A DNA stretch of 56,073 bases, from the NCBI GenBank assembly GCA_022813965.1, contig JALDZS010000064.1, positions 62,001 to 118,073 on the forward strand, given 5' to 3'. The notes under the pieces are model-generated. The model ran no database searches and had not been told where the DNA came from. It saw only the letters and a list, made by a program, of their open reading frames with translations. Both the position numbers and the translations under genes were made by a program. Source of the stretch: Toensbergia leucococca. Taxonomy: Eukaryota. How positions within the stretch are numbered: position 1 is the stretch's first letter; every line of letters starts with the position of its first letter. Below, piece after piece: positions 23,848 to 36,185 of this stretch.

Positions 23848-25575
23848 CGTGATGGGCTCATCAGCGTGGTCTCACCTGTTTTGGAGAAGCACGCAATCAT
23901 ACGGATTCAAGTTCTCGAGAAAATTTGTACGCCGGAAGGAAACTAGGCTGTGTACGTGCTCCTCCGAGTACACAACTAAGGTTTCCGAAGAAGACAGGCA
24001 GAAGAGATCGGGGGGGTCGCCCAACCCATGGCCACTGGTCGAAGTAACCAATGCCGACTTCACGAAGGTCCTAGAGTCCCACGGACGACAACAAAGAATC
24101 CGATATATCGATTCATTCCTCAGGACTCTATGACAGTTCTCTTGATCCTAGATTACCTGGCTGCGGTTCGAGTAGAATGTATCCGAAGTTTCAGGGTCTC
24201 AGAAGATTTGCATGGTCCCTTCCGAGTAAATACACTACGAATTGATTGTCAACTCAAGCTACAAGTACCTAGACATGCAAGATCTCTTGTCGATGATCTG
24301 AGAGGGAATCCCTCTACTATCAACGTTCATGTGTCCTTTACAGGTGGCTTACTGAGAAAAAAGTAGCTTCGAATGCTTTGCGGTACGTGAAGCAGTTTTC
24401 GGTACACTCGTTCTTTAGATCCCATGTTAAAATTTGTATCTAATCAAGATACCCGAAACATTTTCATAATATAATGCACATTTCAGTGTTGGCTTGCCCC
24501 ATTCTCGAAGTCCTTACCTACACTCTTCCATGATGACCTGTACATGGATACGAATCAAAACAAAGCATCTGGTTAGCTTTACTAAAAAATTTCAATTGGT
24601 CAAGACTCTTTGGACGTCATTGAAATAGACACACGTGCCAGGTGGCTTGTCTTTGTTCTTAATTTCCTCATTGAATGGAATGCTCCGATTAATCCATCTT
24701 CGCAGAAGCTACTCCGTACTGAGAAATAATCTACCTACTCCGCACCGTGTCCACAAGAATAAGCGAGGATCACCTCATACTTGCGATCACGCGTACATTA
24801 GGGTAAAGCCAATATCTCGAACTGATCTGATTTTCCACTCGAATTTTGGAAGCTAAGGGAAATAGTACATGCATCCTGTAGGTCGATCGCCGGAAAAATG
24901 GAAGCTTATCTTGCTTGCTCGTACAAACTGGATTTCTAGAATTCATGCTTAGTCCAATCCATGAGATCTGCACTTTCCGATGCAGTAAAGTCGTGGCATT
25001 CTACAACTAGTCCAATTATCTAATCAAAGACAGAAGATGCCGTGCTACGTAGAACGACGCAGGATGACTGTTGACTCCAGATAAAGTAGGTATTTAATCA
25101 GTACTGTATGTCAGCTGCGCGATTCCCATACCAAGATGCGGGCCGGCCGCGGGCTTTAATTTAGTTAACCAGCCAGGCGGATATCTTTTCAGGGTGCACG
25201 GATACAGCCGACAAGACTGAAGAGTTTCCCTTTCAATTACATGATTAACACTCGTTGGGCGCACGTCGACGACTAATCATTGCTTGTTGCTTTTGCTACA
25301 TTGCCACATTCTTTATGTCCTTCGCTCAATCTTCCGTACTAGTCGCGTGTCCACAATTCACATGGTAGAATACACTCACCAACCTCCTCGAAATTGGATC
25401 TCCTAAGACTGAAGCCTCGACCTTGGTGCATATCAATAACCTGTCGCAGTTTTGTCTCGATTTAGTAACAGGTGCAAGATTACGCAAGAGCTACAGATGA
25501 CTTTCCCATGGTCTTATCGCTTTACCATTTCTCCTTGATTGCGAATAGCACTTGAACCCTCTCAAATCCCCCGAC

Positions 25576-28500
25576 ATGCCCTGGCGACCCTTACCTCGAA
25601 TAGCCTTTGCTGTAGCCACATATCCGTTCCAGCCAAATTCGCCCGCCGACCTTCCCCTGGAACTAGGAGACGAGCTGTACGTTATCGAACAAGGTGGCGC
25701 AAACGGATCATGGTATCGAGGATATCTGGTAGCGCCCCCTTCGCTGTTGGCAGGATTGACAAGCACCAAGGGCCAGACTTTGGAGGCTAGGGTGTTCTCG
25801 GGTATATTTCCAAGAAATTGCGTTGAAGTGCGAGAAGTGCTTGGAGACATTGGAGTCAACGAACAGGATCACACGGTGGGGCTCGAAGACAGCGGTCTGA
25901 GCTCTACCAGCATCAATGGCGACGGTCGAAGCTCTCTCGGGTATAATGGTAGCTTTAATAAAGGAGGTAGCGGGAATGGATCCATTAGGCCCACATTGAA
26001 CGGGGAAAGCGGACACAAGCTGGGAGATGGAGACGTCACTTGCCCCTCTGCTCCGTCGCGGGATCTCAAGAAAGCACACGCGCGAGCAGTAGCACGGAGT
26101 AAGGCCCGGCGATCCAAAATCTCTCGCAAATTGCAGGCGTCTGCACGAACGTCAAAACCAGATTCAGAACATTCTCGCGAACCCAATGGCAAGAGACCTC
26201 CAGCACCGGTACCGATGCTGAAAATTGGTGACGAAACCCCCACATCCAGCATAGAACCGTTGGTAGATGAGATTGCCTCATGCCTCCGAGAGTGGCATTC
26301 GACCAACTTACATGAGCTGCTCTTATCCCGGCAATATATCGTACTCGAGAAGCTTTCCGAACTAGTTCGTCAGCTCGACCTGTCCCGTAGACAACTGCTG
26401 CATGGAGTTCTTACAAGGAAGGAGCTTGGCATCTTACGAGAGAAGACAGTATGGGATCTTGCTGGGGGTAACAAGATGCTGTGTAACGAGACCATCGTTC
26501 GAGATCCTAAGCAACGTGGTCGTCTTCTGACTGGAGACGACTCGGCCATCGAAATGACGAAGCTCCAATGCACCATGAGCTTGCTAGATCAACCATCGAT
26601 TTCTGAATCTAATTCCATCGATCCATACCATCTCATGGTTGAGCTAAAGCCTTTTGCAACCCTCGACTTAGAATCACCAAGTCTTAATATTTATCTTTGT
26701 TCTAAAATTGCAGGAGAACCGCCAAAACAGTTGACTGAGGCTTTTGCGCTTGATATTCCGTCTACAGATCGCTTCAAGGAAATATCAGCTTCAGGCAGAT
26801 TACGAACTATCTTCTCCGACCTATCTTTGACAGATGTTAAGAAGAGTGTAGGGACCAAGTCTCGGCTGTTTCTTGTTGTCAAAGTTCAAGCAAACCAACT
26901 CACCGAAGTGCCTGTACAGAGCAGCCGAGCTCCTGCTCCTCGAGAAAATCACCAGTCTTTCGATGCGCAGAATAGCGACCGGTCTCTAGATTCAACCCCT
27001 ATCAAAGGAAGTAGACGAAGCTTTATGTGGGCGTCCAAGCAATTGGGCGGATCTGATCGTCACAAAGGTCAACAAGGACTCAAAGCAGCTCAGTCAGCAA
27101 AAGAGCCTCCGAATATTTCCGAGAGCCTACGACGTTCAGACACCTTATCAGTCCCTCGTACCCCAACGCAGGACGGACCGCAATACGTCAAACGAGACGT
27201 AGGAGTTGGTGTCTTAGATGTCGGACACTTCTTGGAGGAGAGTAAAGACGTTGAAAAGCTGTTGCAAATTTGGTCGCCTGCTTCAACGAGCACAGAATTC
27301 CACGAGACTGAAGACGAATGGGATGATTTGGTTCGTGACTTGATGACTAGCCGAACAGGTCGCTTCGCGAAATCTAGAAGTATTGAGCATGTAAATCTGC
27401 ATTTGCAATCTCTCGCGGGCGAATTATCAAGTGCTCTAACCAACAAGACCGCCTTGTTATCCCACAACGTTACGCCAACCCCGAAAATTGGATTTTCAGA
27501 CACACCCTTGAAGTCTAGATCCGATATCTTCCTTACTTTGTCCGAGGCATCTCTACCGACTCAGGCTTCGCTCTCACACCCTGAACGCGGCAGTGTTCAA
27601 TTACCATCAAGTCTCAGATTGCGTAACATTCAGCTTACCCTGGAAGTACGAAAGATGTCTGGCGAGCGAATTGAAAACTGCATATTTCCGGCATCCAATA
27701 GCCCTGGCTATACTGCGTGGCGAACGTCTGCGGTTGAACGCGGTGGGGCGTGGAATCAGACGATCAAGCTCGTTGTACCAACTGCCGATGTACCGCAATC
27801 TCATTTAATCATGAGTGTAGCTGATGCTCCTGGCTTTCCGTTTGCCCTCGGCTGGATGCCTCTTTGGGACCAGCAAGCTTGTATTAGCGACGGTTTTCAT
27901 ACGCCTCGACTTTACCTGTATGACAAGTTAACCTCGAGCACTGACAAAGGAGGAGGTGCTTATCTAGCTTTTCCGTGGAGCTCTAGCACACGAGGCAGCG
28001 CTCCAGAGGATGGAAACTTGACAGAGCCTGTCGCAATACTCAAACTAGAAACGTATCTTTGTAGTACGGTATTCTCTCAAGACAAAATCCTCCTAGGGCT
28101 TTTTAATTGGCGGAATCAATCTACAGATCAGCTCCTGGAATTGCTACAGCAGCTGATTTTTGTCCCGGAAATCGAAATAGTGAAGTTGGTCGACAATGTT
28201 TTCGACTCCATTTTTGCTATACTGGTCGACCGTGTGGGACATATTGAGTGTGAGGACTCAGTGTTTAATGCCTTTGTGATGATCTTGGGTATTGTTCATG
28301 ATCGTCGTTTTAATCTTGGTCCATTGGTAGATCAGTATGCGCAATCGAGATTTAATTTCCCCCTGGCATGCCCTTGCTTGATCAGAAGCTATTTGCGATT
28401 ACTATCCAACCCTTTGGATCCGAAACATTCTAGGCAACTCCGTGCCGCATTCAAGGTGGGAAACCAAGTCCTGAAATTCATAGTCCAGGGAAGCGCGAAT

Positions 28501-31500
28501 CCAAAGGCGGAGAATGCTTGCATTGATGATAACAATACTCAGCCAAAGTTGAATGCTGAAATCAACGCTCTTTTCCTGGCCTTCCAAAGTCTGATGAGGG
28601 ATCCGTCGCCCGTCCTCGTGGGTAGTAAGACCCTGGTCGTACAACATATGCATACTTGGCTTCTGGAACTGTCTGGGTATTTTTCTCAGGACGAGATCTT
28701 TCAACTCGCCTCTGACTTCTTAGATTCATGCATGGATGTCCAAAGTAAACTCATCCTCCACAAATTGTTACTCATATTACACATTTCCAAACTTTCTCTA
28801 TTCACAAAGAACAATGTACGGCAGCAAATACTTGAGAGTACCGCTACATGGATAGAGCCTCATTGGGGTTCCAACCTCGAAGCTACTAGTCAATGGCGGG
28901 AACAGATTCGGCTATGCTGTTCCATTGTTGTTTCACAGGTAGTGGAACTCGGTCCTAGAATAACAATGTATTTTCAAAAGACTATCGAATCTTACCGTAC
29001 TGTTCAGGGGAAAGACCACAGCACTAGAGTCAGTCTTTCGCTCCTGTTTCCGATCACTTATCCGTTTCCCCATCAACCGATTTCTTCCTGGTCAGCTTTT
29101 GACGAGGCACTGATCGAGCTCGCGGCGCTTCTAGCTCAATTGGTAGAATATCCTTTTACCCAACAAATCAGTCATCTAGGACCCGATTTGGCAGACACAA
29201 TATCTGAGGCTCTCAAAGTCAACATGTCTATCCTGTGTGGAGACGCCTTCCCAAGTTCATGGCTGAGCTTACACGTCTACCATCATAGGTCTTCGCTACA
29301 GCTTCTCGAGTCACTTTTTGAAATTTTAGTTGGACGCTTTCTTCCTTCACCTGACGACGCAGACAACTTCAATACTGAACTCTGGAAAGCTTTCTTCCTT
29401 ACTTTACTGAAGCTTGTAAGAAGTGATGCACTTGCGCTTGAGACTTTCCCGGAGCAAAAACGACGAGCTGTTTGGAAAATTGCCGGCGATGTTCGAGAGC
29501 AAGGTGCCGAACTCCTAAGGCGAAGCTGGGAAGCAGTTGGCTGGGACGCGGATGTTGAAGATCAGAGACAATACGGAGTACAGCGCATGGGAGGATTCCA
29601 AGTACAATACGTGCCCAGCCTAGTGGCATCAATAGTGGAACTATGTTTGAGTGTACATGAAGGTCTCAGAAATGTCGCCGTGGAAATCTTGCAGACGATG
29701 ATCATCAGTGAGTGGACACTGAGCGAGGACCTGTCTGTCATTCAAGCCGAAATGATTGAGTCTCTTGATGTTCTGTTCAAGTCGAAGAATGTTGGCGAGA
29801 ACGTACTGCAAAAGCTTTTCGTGAACGAGTTGCTAGATCTATTCGAATCTTTGGCACAAACACCTGATGATGGCCTGTGGCTGGCCCTGAAAGAGTTGCT
29901 GTCTACTGTTGGGGAGCTTCTGGATCTTCTTGGAGCAGTACATAGTACTGATATGACAGAAGCCTTTCGTATAATGCATACCCTGCAACTAATGGACTTC
30001 CTGAGAGATAAAAAGAAGGAGTACATATTTATACGTTACGTCCATCAGTTAGCTCACATCCAGGCGCAGCTTCACAATACTACAGAAGCAGGCTTAGCTT
30101 TGCGTCTGCACGCAGATCTTTACACTTGGGATGTGAAGAGCGTTGAAGCACTTGCGGATCCAGCATTTCCCAAACAATCTTCTTGCGATCGAAAAGAGCA
30201 ACTGTACTTTGAAATGATCAAATTCTTCGAGGAGGGCCAGGCTTGGGATTGCGCTTTGGCAAGCTATCGAGAGCTTGCTGATCAATACGAGCACCACCAC
30301 TTTGATTATACCAAACTCGCAAGGACACAGCATTCTATGGCGAAGATCTACGAGAATATAGCCAAAGACGAGAGAAATGCGCCAAGATATTATCGAGTCG
30401 TTTATCGTGGTCTTGGTTTTCCTCCAAGCCTTAGAGACAAGCAATTCATCTTCGAAAGCGTGCGTTCAGCCAAATTATCTTCCTTCACCGACTGGATGCG
30501 ACAGCAACATCCCTCTGCTCAAGTCACCACTTCCGGCGACAATGAAGACATTGAAGGCCAATACCTTCAGCTGTTCGCAGTCAGTCCGCATCGTGATCTA
30601 GAACATCCACTATACCAGCAGTTAAGAGTACCCCAGTCAACGCGAGACTACCTTTTATCGTCACGCCCAGCTCGCTTTGCAGTCACTTCCCGACGCCATT
30701 CTCCCACCTCAGCTATCCAAGATCAGTGGACTGAGAAGACTGTATATACCACAGCAGAAGCATTCCCTAATATTATGCGAAGGAGCGAGATCGTTGCTAT
30801 CGATGTCCTGCGCCTTTCGCCCCTGAAGACTGCTGTGGAAAGAACTACAAGGAGGACTTCAGATTTGGCCGCACTCGCGAAGCGTGTCACAAATGGCGAC
30901 GAGTCAGGCTTCAATTACCTGACCGAATCCATTAAATCCTCCGTCGATCCCTCCAGTGTCGCTAGCGTATCCCAGTACCACCAATTCTTACCACCAAATC
31001 TGCTTCAGCACACCTTCGACACTACTCACGAGAGCTTTCTAGATCCCCTTCCCAATGCCCTGAAGATTGCCCTCATCGACCACGCTTCAGCATTAAAGCA
31101 CTGCCTTACCCTTTACTCTCGCCCTTCCCACCAAGCAACTCAATCTTCCCTCTCCCAATCCCTTCAATCTACATTCGCCCTTGAACTTGCCCTCCTAGCT
31201 CCTATCCACCAACCTACCCCACCATCAACGTCCTGGCTTCCAAATCCTCTCACCACACCCTCCACCCCTGATTCACTTCGCTCTCCTCATATTAACGGTA
31301 CCTTGCTCGCATCGTCCCAAGCCACCCCCAATCCTCGCACTACTATTCCTCGGCCGCGGTCCCGGATAAGTCTCGCATTCCTCAAACCGCCGCAAAGACC
31401 AAACGGCGTTCACCCGCCAACCCCCAATGACGAACCCACCAGTCCATCACGCGAGCACGGGTCCAACCGTCGAAGTTTCATTTCTACTGAAGACGGCCAT

Positions 31501-31689
31501 GCGCTCTCGTCCTCCGGCGGGGCACCTAAGAGCAGTGATGGTAGGGGAAGACCAGAAACCGCAGAGTCAGGAGGGATGAGGAAGAGGCTAAGCATGCTAG
31601 GAATTGGAGTGGGGAGAGGAAGTGCTGGGGTTGGAAGAAAGAAAGCGGGGGATGTGGGGAGCCTGTTGACGGAAGAGGGATATTTGTAG
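25576..31689 (+). CDS. DOCK-family (dedicator of cytokinesis) Rac/Rho GEF with N-terminal SH3, C2/DHR-1 and DHR-2 regions; apparently intronless
   Basis: ORF of about 2037 aa starting MPWRPLPRIAFAVATYPF...DLPLELGDELYVIE...WYRGY (SH3). DHR-2-like EAGLALRLHADLY, KEQLYFEMIKFFEEG, YYRVVYRGLGFP and WTEKTVYTTAEAFPNIMRRSEI. Confidence 0.95.
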   Translation: MPWRPLPRIAFAVATYPFQPNSPADLPLELGDELYVIEQGGANGSWYRGYLVAPPSLLAGLTSTKGQTLEARVFSGIFPRNCVEVREVLGDIGVNEQDHTVGLEDSGLSSTSINGDGRSSLGYNGSFNKGGSGNGSIRPTLNGESGHKLGDGDVTCPSAPSRDLKKAHARAVARSKARRSKISRKLQASARTSKPDSEHSREPNGKRPPAPVPMLKIGDETPTSSIEPLVDEIASCLREWHSTNLHELLLSRQYIVLEKLSELVRQLDLSRRQLLHGVLTRKELGILREKTVWDLAGGNKMLCNETIVRDPKQRGRLLTGDDSAIEMTKLQCTMSLLDQPSISESNSIDPYHLMVELKPFATLDLESPSLNIYLCSKIAGEPPKQLTEAFALDIPSTDRFKEISASGRLRTIFSDLSLTDVKKSVGTKSRLFLVVKVQANQLTEVPVQSSRAPAPRENHQSFDAQNSDRSLDSTPIKGSRRSFMWASKQLGGSDRHKGQQGLKAAQSAKEPPNISESLRRSDTLSVPRTPTQDGPQYVKRDVGVGVLDVGHFLEESKDVEKLLQIWSPASTSTEFHETEDEWDDLVRDLMTSRTGRFAKSRSIEHVNLHLQSLAGELSSALTNKTALLSHNVTPTPKIGFSDTPLKSRSDIFLTLSEASLPTQASLSHPERGSVQLPSSLRLRNIQLTLEVRKMSGERIENCIFPASNSPGYTAWRTSAVERGGAWNQTIKLVVPTADVPQSHLIMSVADAPGFPFALGWMPLWDQQACISDGFHTPRLYLYDKLTSSTDKGGGAYLAFPWSSSTRGSAPEDGNLTEPVAILKLETYLCSTVFSQDKILLGLFNWRNQSTDQLLELLQQLIFVPEIEIVKLVDNVFDSIFAILVDRVGHIECEDSVFNAFVMILGIVHDRRFNLGPLVDQYAQSRFNFPLACPCLIRSYLRLLSNPLDPKHSRQLRAAFKVGNQVLKFIVQGSANPKAENACIDDNNTQPKLNAEINALFLAFQSLMRDPSPVLVGSKTLVVQHMHTWLLELSGYFSQDEIFQLASDFLDSCMDVQSKLILHKLLLILHISKLSLFTKNNVRQQILESTATWIEPHWGSNLEATSQWREQIRLCCSIVVSQVVELGPRITMYFQKTIESYRTVQGKDHSTRVSLSLLFPITYPFPHQPISSWSAFDEALIELAALLAQLVEYPFTQQISHLGPDLADTISEALKVNMSILCGDAFPSSWLSLHVYHHRSSLQLLESLFEILVGRFLPSPDDADNFNTELWKAFFLTLLKLVRSDALALETFPEQKRRAVWKIAGDVREQGAELLRRSWEAVGWDADVEDQRQYGVQRMGGFQVQYVPSLVASIVELCLSVHEGLRNVAVEILQTMIISEWTLSEDLSVIQAEMIESLDVLFKSKNVGENVLQKLFVNELLDLFESLAQTPDDGLWLALKELLSTVGELLDLLGAVHSTDMTEAFRIMHTLQLMDFLRDKKKEYIFIRYVHQLAHIQAQLHNTTEAGLALRLHADLYTWDVKSVEALADPAFPKQSSCDRKEQLYFEMIKFFEEGQAWDCALASYRELADQYEHHHFDYTKLARTQHSMAKIYENIAKDERNAPRYYRVVYRGLGFPPSLRDKQFIFESVRSAKLSSFTDWMRQQHPSAQVTTSGDNEDIEGQYLQLFAVSPHRDLEHPLYQQLRVPQSTRDYLLSSRPARFAVTSRRHSPTSAIQDQWTEKTVYTTAEAFPNIMRRSEIVAIDVLRLSPLKTAVERTTRRTSDLAALAKRVTNGDESGFNYLTESIKSSVDPSSVASVSQYHQFLPPNLLQHTFDTTHESFLDPLPNALKIALIDHASALKHCLTLYSRPSHQATQSSLSQSLQSTFALELALLAPIHQPTPPSTSWLPNPLTTPSTPDSLRSPHINGTLLASSQATPNPRTTIPRPRSRISLAFLKPPQRPNGVHPPTPNDEPTSPSREHGSNRRSFISTEDGHALSSSGGAPKSSDGRGRPETAESGGMRKRLSMLGIGVGRGSAGVGRKKAGDVGSLLTEEGYL

Positions 31690-32061
31690 ATGATGTGTCC
31701 TAGTTTTATTTCTGGTTTACGACATGTCGCTCAGGATATGCGACGGAGTTTTTAGCAAGAGCGAGGCGACTTTGAATTAGATATGTACAGCGGTAAGGGG
31801 GAATTGTGGATAGTACAGCGTCCGGCCTTGGTTTTGTTGCACAAGCTAGCTAAGCAGGATGTGAGAACGTCTTAACAAGGATGGCATTGGTGTCAAATGT
31901 TTAGTCAGTTTCTAGAATAAGGAGACCTTTCACCTGTTTGAAGATTGATGACGTTCATCAGTGTTTGCTACCTGTTCGAGAGCCGAGAACTTGATCCTCC
32001 AAATTAACAATATCAATGAACAATACCTAGTTGGTCTCCCACATGATAGCTTTGTTTCCGC

Positions 32062-32739
32062 ATGGCAGAACAAACGGGTAAAGATGAAGCTGCAAAGCTG
32101 CGCATCATCAATCACATGAACCTAGACCACCAAGATTCATTAGTTCGTTACCTCGAGCACTTTTGCAACCTTTCCTCCTTCTCAGCACGCAATGCAAAGT
32201 TGGTGGATATCGCCTTCGACTCTCTCGTGATCACTTCCAACACCAACTCTAAGTATACGATACCTATTGAACCTCCCATGACCTCTTGGCCTGAGGCTCG
32301 CCCAAGAGTGGTGGCAATGGATAGCGAGGCAGTTGCCGGTCTGAACAGGTCAAGCATCACAGTCAAAAAATACAAACGCCCGAAAGGCTTCATGGCAGTA
32401 GTATTTATAGCTTCGGCTTGTACCTTTGTGGCCTTCTCCAAACGGTCAAATTTCTTACCCGGATCTTGGCTTTACGATATCATACTGAAGCACGTTCCGG
32501 ACTTCGCGCAGTGGTGCCATAAGATTCAACCTCTTGTTATCTATCCCATGCTTGCCATTCATGGATCAGAAACTGTCTACCTGGAAAAGAGTCGGTTGCA
32601 AAAACACAATGTTCCGAGATTTAGCAAGTTGTGGTGGAAGTGGGTCTTGAGCACGTTTCTTGAGGGGTTTGGGGCTTTTGTTAGAATCGATAGGATTGTG
32701 AAGGAGGAGGAGGCGAAAAAGGCCAAAGCTAAGCATTGA
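32062..32739 (+). CDS. DUF2470-domain membrane protein
   Basis: 225-aa ORF with N-terminal RIINHMNLDHQDSLVRYLEH typical of DUF2470, followed by hydrophobic segments. Confidence 0.8.
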   Translation: MAEQTGKDEAAKLRIINHMNLDHQDSLVRYLEHFCNLSSFSARNAKLVDIAFDSLVITSNTNSKYTIPIEPPMTSWPEARPRVVAMDSEAVAGLNRSSITVKKYKRPKGFMAVVFIASACTFVAFSKRSNFLPGSWLYDIILKHVPDFAQWCHKIQPLVIYPMLAIHGSETVYLEKSRLQKHNVPRFSKLWWKWVLSTFLEGFGAFVRIDRIVKEEEAKKAKAKH

Positions 32740-33689
32740 GAGTGCTTAAGTCATTTTGCTAGTCTTCATGCTGGCGACTCTTGCTCGATCGTGCTTGCCA
32801 CCAAGCTGTGACTTCGAGTTTTCTCAAGACCACGTTATGCATGCCGGAAACACAGCTCTGTGTTTGCCCGTCTGTCAGCGCCTCTTCGCTTTCGTCGATA
32901 ACAAAACGACCCGACGTGTGGTATCCAATTTCTAAGCTCCACGTGGTTCCAAATATTACGAAATTGACGAATGTCCAGGGGGAGGACTTTTATGATGAGC
33001 CCGTTCAGTTGAAGCTAGGTAAGGCTGGTGCCCGCAGATATGATTGGTCTTTATGGAAATCGAGCTGGCAGCCGCAATGAAGAATGTCAAATCTGCAGTC
33101 TATGGAAGGAGGATGTGATACTTGTACAGCACATAAGGGTAGATTTGTCCAAGGAGTTCTCTTTCAGTGTGCTAGAATGAATCTGAAACAGCCCAGAGCA
33201 CATAGACTAGTGCCCAAATACCAGGTTTCCACAGCATGTCTATTGAATATCATGAAGAGAACTCTCCGTAGTGTGAAGAATATTACCCAGGATATCAGAT
33301 ATGCCCAAAACGGCTAGCGTTACAGCCCTTGGCAAATCGCTACGCGAGTAGGGCACACCACGAATTTCATGGTCATCGAAAAGCAAGATTTCGACGACAA
33401 AGAATACATCGAACCCACAACCACGACTGCGCTGGTGGACGACAATTACTAGCAGGTGAGAACATCTATGATCCAAAATCCCTCACTTCACCATACAAGA
33501 ACAGGGGCCAAGATGCAGCAGTTCAAGCGAGGGCGCATTTCAATGAGGGCATCCCAAATCTATTGGCGGGATTGCTTCTCTCAAAATTACAACCATCTAC
33601 AGCATTCTCAGCCACTCTACTAAGACCTATGGCTTTAGATGCTTTAGCTAAACTTTTCAATATCTAGTCGTCTCTGAACCACCGCCATC

Positions 33690-34347
33690 ATGGGTATCTC
33701 ACGAGACTCACGTCACAAGCGATCAGCTACCGGTGCAAAGCGAGCCTACTATCGTAAGAAGAGGTATGGTCACTTAGTTTACCTCCTGTCAGATGTGGCC
33801 TAATGATACCAGAGCTTTCGAGAAGGGCCGTCAGCCAGCCAACACACGTATCGGTGCAAAACGAATTCATCTTGTCCGCACTCGTGGAGGAAATCAAAAG
33901 TACCGCGCCCTACGCCTAGATTCTGGCAACTTCTCCTGGGGCTCTGAAGGTCTTGCTCGCAAAGTCCGTGTCATTGGGGTCTCGTTCCATCCTTCGAACA
34001 ACGAACTTGTCCGTACCAACACTCTCACAAAAGCTGCCGTGGTTCAGATCGACGCTGCACCTTTCAGACAATGGTACGAGGCACATTACGGTCAAAATCT
34101 GGGGAGGAGACGTCAGCAGAAAGCTACAACCGAGGCGGCTGATGACAAGAAAAGCAAGAGCGTGGAGAAGAAGCAGGCAGGCAGGTACTCGGCGCAGGGC
34201 AAGATAGAGCCAGCGTTGGAGAGGCAATTTGAAGCTGGTCGTTTGTATGCTGTTGTCGCATCAAGACCTGGACAAAGTGGGCGTGTCGATGGTTACATTT
34301 TGGAGGGGGAGGAGTTGGCATTCTACCAACGTGCTATCCGGAAGTAA
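33690..34347 (+). CDS. RPS8: 40S ribosomal protein S8 (eS8), one intron (~33764-33812)
   Basis: MGISRDSRHKRSATGAKRAYYRKKR-AFEKGRQPANTRIG...SRPGQSGRVDGYILEGEELAFY. Confidence 0.98.
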
Positions 34348-34671
34348 AGTGGGTCGTGGTCTGCGAGAGGAGAGTTGGGTTTGAGATGGCAGACTACCTT
34401 AGCTATTATCTTTTAGTTTAGGAGACTGCCATGGAAGGCACTAAAATATGACAATCCACAATCAATTAGATGCTATTGAAATGAACTGCTAATTCCAAGG
34501 CGTCGGTGCCAGAAAACACGGGTACGAGCAATTGGATACTGGAGACAGGCAGTTCTTAGCCAATGATAAAATTTGTGGAATTCGGCAACTCGATTCGGTG
34601 GGCAACAACAGTCCATCTCACTCAAATGGTATTATATGGCAGGGAAATACTAGATTCTTTCTCTATACAAT

Positions 34672-35772
34672 ATGACTACGGTATCGGACACGGTCAAGAC
34701 CCGCCTTTGTGTCATTTCCGACACGCATGCTAAAGCCCCGCTTCCTGAAGGCGATAGAAGACATGCATACCGTGTACATCCCAACGGTCTTCCACTGCCC
34801 AAGGCAGACATCCTTTTACATGCTGGCGATATAACAAGAGTCGGCAGGATCGAAGAGTACGACGTCATGATAGACATGCTCAAAGCGGCAGACGCTGAGC
34901 TGAAGATCGTTATCGCCGGTAATCATGATATTACATTGGATCAAGAGTTTTGCAATGGCCCTGGGAAGAATAGATACCGAAGAGCGAATGAGGACTTGAA
35001 AAAGGTTCGGCACCTATGGACTGGAGAGGAGGCCAGAAAGGCGGGTATTGTGTATTTAGAAGAGGGTACACGGACTTTTACTTTGAGTAATGGCGCTGTG
35101 TTTACGGTATATCCTACCTATTTGTCCATTACATTTGCATTCACTCAGACCCTCGAGCTCTATGCTTCTCCTCTATAGAGCAGTCCAGCGAAGAGAGCCA
35201 ATGGCATCATTGAGTTGACGCCTCCGCAGATCTACACCTCACCCTACCAACCTGAGTTCAGTGGTTGGGCCTTTGCTTATGAGCGATCTGAAGATCGTTA
35301 CAATCCGAGCTCTGGCGTTTCCAGATCTCAAGCACAAAACCCTATCCCATCGTGGCCAGAGATTGACATTATGCTCACTCATGGTCCACCATACAAGATC
35401 CTTGACCACACGGCCAGTGGTAACGATGTCGGCTGCGAGAACTTGCTCCGAGCTGTCAAAAGATGTCGTCCTCGTCTGCATTGCTTTGGCCATATTCATG
35501 AGGGCTGGGGTGCTGAAAGATTAGACTGGTCACGGAAAGTTTCAGAGACTGTACAGGAAGATTTGCAGAAGGTCTATGAAGACCGCTCTGCTTATGTTGA
35601 TTTGAGTGAAGAGGGTAAACATCCATTGAAGTTTGGGGAAGAGACTGTTTTTATTAACGCAGCTATAATGGATGTCTTTTATAAGCCTCGTAATGCGCCT
35701 TGGGTTGTGGATCTGAATTTACCGCTTGCGAAAAGGGAAGAATCTTCAACGTCAACGCCATCAGTAGGTTGA
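34672..35772 (+). CDS. Calcineurin-like metallophosphoesterase (MPPED-like), one intron (~35107-35229)
   Basis: Metal-ligand motifs ISDTH, HAGDIT, IAGNHD, LTHGPP and FGHIHE. Confidence 0.92.
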
Positions 35773-36185
35773 GAAGACTAACCTCTCCATTCGTCTTGTT
35801 TCCTAGGTCTTCACTGCTGTTTGATCGAAATCGAGGTTCGTATCAACTGGCAGGATTCTTCATGTTATTGGATATATTATGTACATGTTTATACTTTGTT
35901 ATGAGAAAAAGGGGCTGGACACCTCCAGACTCTGAAGGCAAGGATTTTGTTTTAAAAAATATCCTCTTTCCATTGGTGAACAAGGCTACCAGCTCATAGT
36001 GCGAAGGAACAGTGATCAGGTTAGGTAGGATATTCACACAGCATTCACATCTCTTCAACACCGGAGCAGGGACCACCTACACAAACAACACTTCACCCTC
36101 CGCTTCATTTCAAACCCTCAAGCCAACCCTCCTACCAAACCACCCACAACATCCACCCAAAAACCACCTCACCAACTCACCCACA

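Noticed and set aside
32985..33190. ATGATGA and CTGA as a possible box C/D snoRNA upstream of RPS8
   Set aside because: The boxes are far apart, and no terminal stem or rRNA guide was evident.
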